A stretch of DNA of 26,539 nt from the IMG/VR virus record IMGVR_UViG_3300042297_000227, positions 1 through 26,539 of that record. One strand, 5' to 3'. A program made the translations under genes and the position numbers. Below are positions 26,378 through 26,539 of the stretch, in pieces (position 1 is the first letter of the stretch; every line of letters begins with the position of its first letter). The DNA is from a virus. Lineage: Duplodnaviria > Caudoviricetes. The notes under the pieces were generated by a model, which was not told the DNA's origin, ran no database searches, and worked only from the letters and a program-made list of their open reading frames with translations.

Positions 26378-26389
26378 ATTGCAAAGATA
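26378..26389 (-). promoter_or_regulatory. -7 promoter (TATCTTTG-CAAT-ATG), predicted leaderless
   Basis: The whole 12-nt intergenic gap consists of this motif. Confidence 0.75.
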
Positions 26390-26539
26390 TTATTTTTTCT
26401 TGGAACCTCGTGCACGACGGTCGCCGGCAGAGTCATTTTTACTGCCACGATTAGCCGAAGCCTTCTTGTAGCCTGTGATTACGCCGTTATGATGTGCAGC
26501 ATCTTTGCCGTCACCATTCCCATAAGTTCCGTGCTGACG
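26390..26539 (-). CDS. Partial small basic protein (5' end outside the window), degenerate HNH-like
   Basis: Absent from the ORF track. Reads RQHGTYGNGDGKDAAHHNGVITGYKKASANRGSKNDSAGDRRARGSKKK*. GDGKD..H......S.NR resembles minimal phage HNH proteins. Confidence 0.55.
   Translation of the reverse strand, partial: RQHGTYGNGDGKDAAHHNGVITGYKKASANRGSKNDSAGDRRARGSKKK

Noticed and set aside
1-26539. CRISPR arrays, tRNAs, invertible segments, att sites
   Set aside because: Intergenic gaps are all under about 65 bp, and no repeat-spacer pattern, cloverleaf, long inverted repeat or recombinase was seen by eye.

Overview
The window is the virion-morphogenesis (late) region of a tailed dsDNA phage. It is most likely a crAss-like/Crassvirales-related podovirus of a Bacteroidetes host; the host call rests on TAnnTTTG -7 promoters, AT-rich starts without Shine-Dalgarno sequences, and a BACON domain. 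All credible genes lie on the minus strand and are tightly packed. In transcription order: partial small HNH-like ORF, head-spike-base-like protein, holin-like / u-spanin-like / small membrane proteins, 72-aa ORF, 1220-aa fibre, three fibre-associated genes, 264-aa short fibre, two small ORFs, tandem GroES-like protein, TerS, TerL, portal, scaffold, major capsid protein, two accessory ORFs, two tail ring proteins, muzzle N-part, BACON/Cys-rich 633-aa protein, muzzle C-part, partial GNAT-fold ORF. The most notable signals are: (1) five TAnnTTTG-CRRT-start sites at identical spacing, predicting leaderless late mRNAs and correcting two ORF-track starts; (2) a muzzle gene split around an adhesin-like gene, with an in-frame TAA that appears to cut a BACON domain; (3) a CpG-free receptor-binding cassette of apparently foreign origin; (4) repeated in-frame 'plug-in' domains in structural proteins. 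All family assignments come from recognising motifs by eye, not from database searches. No RNA genes, CRISPR arrays, integrase, transposase or reverse transcriptase were seen.
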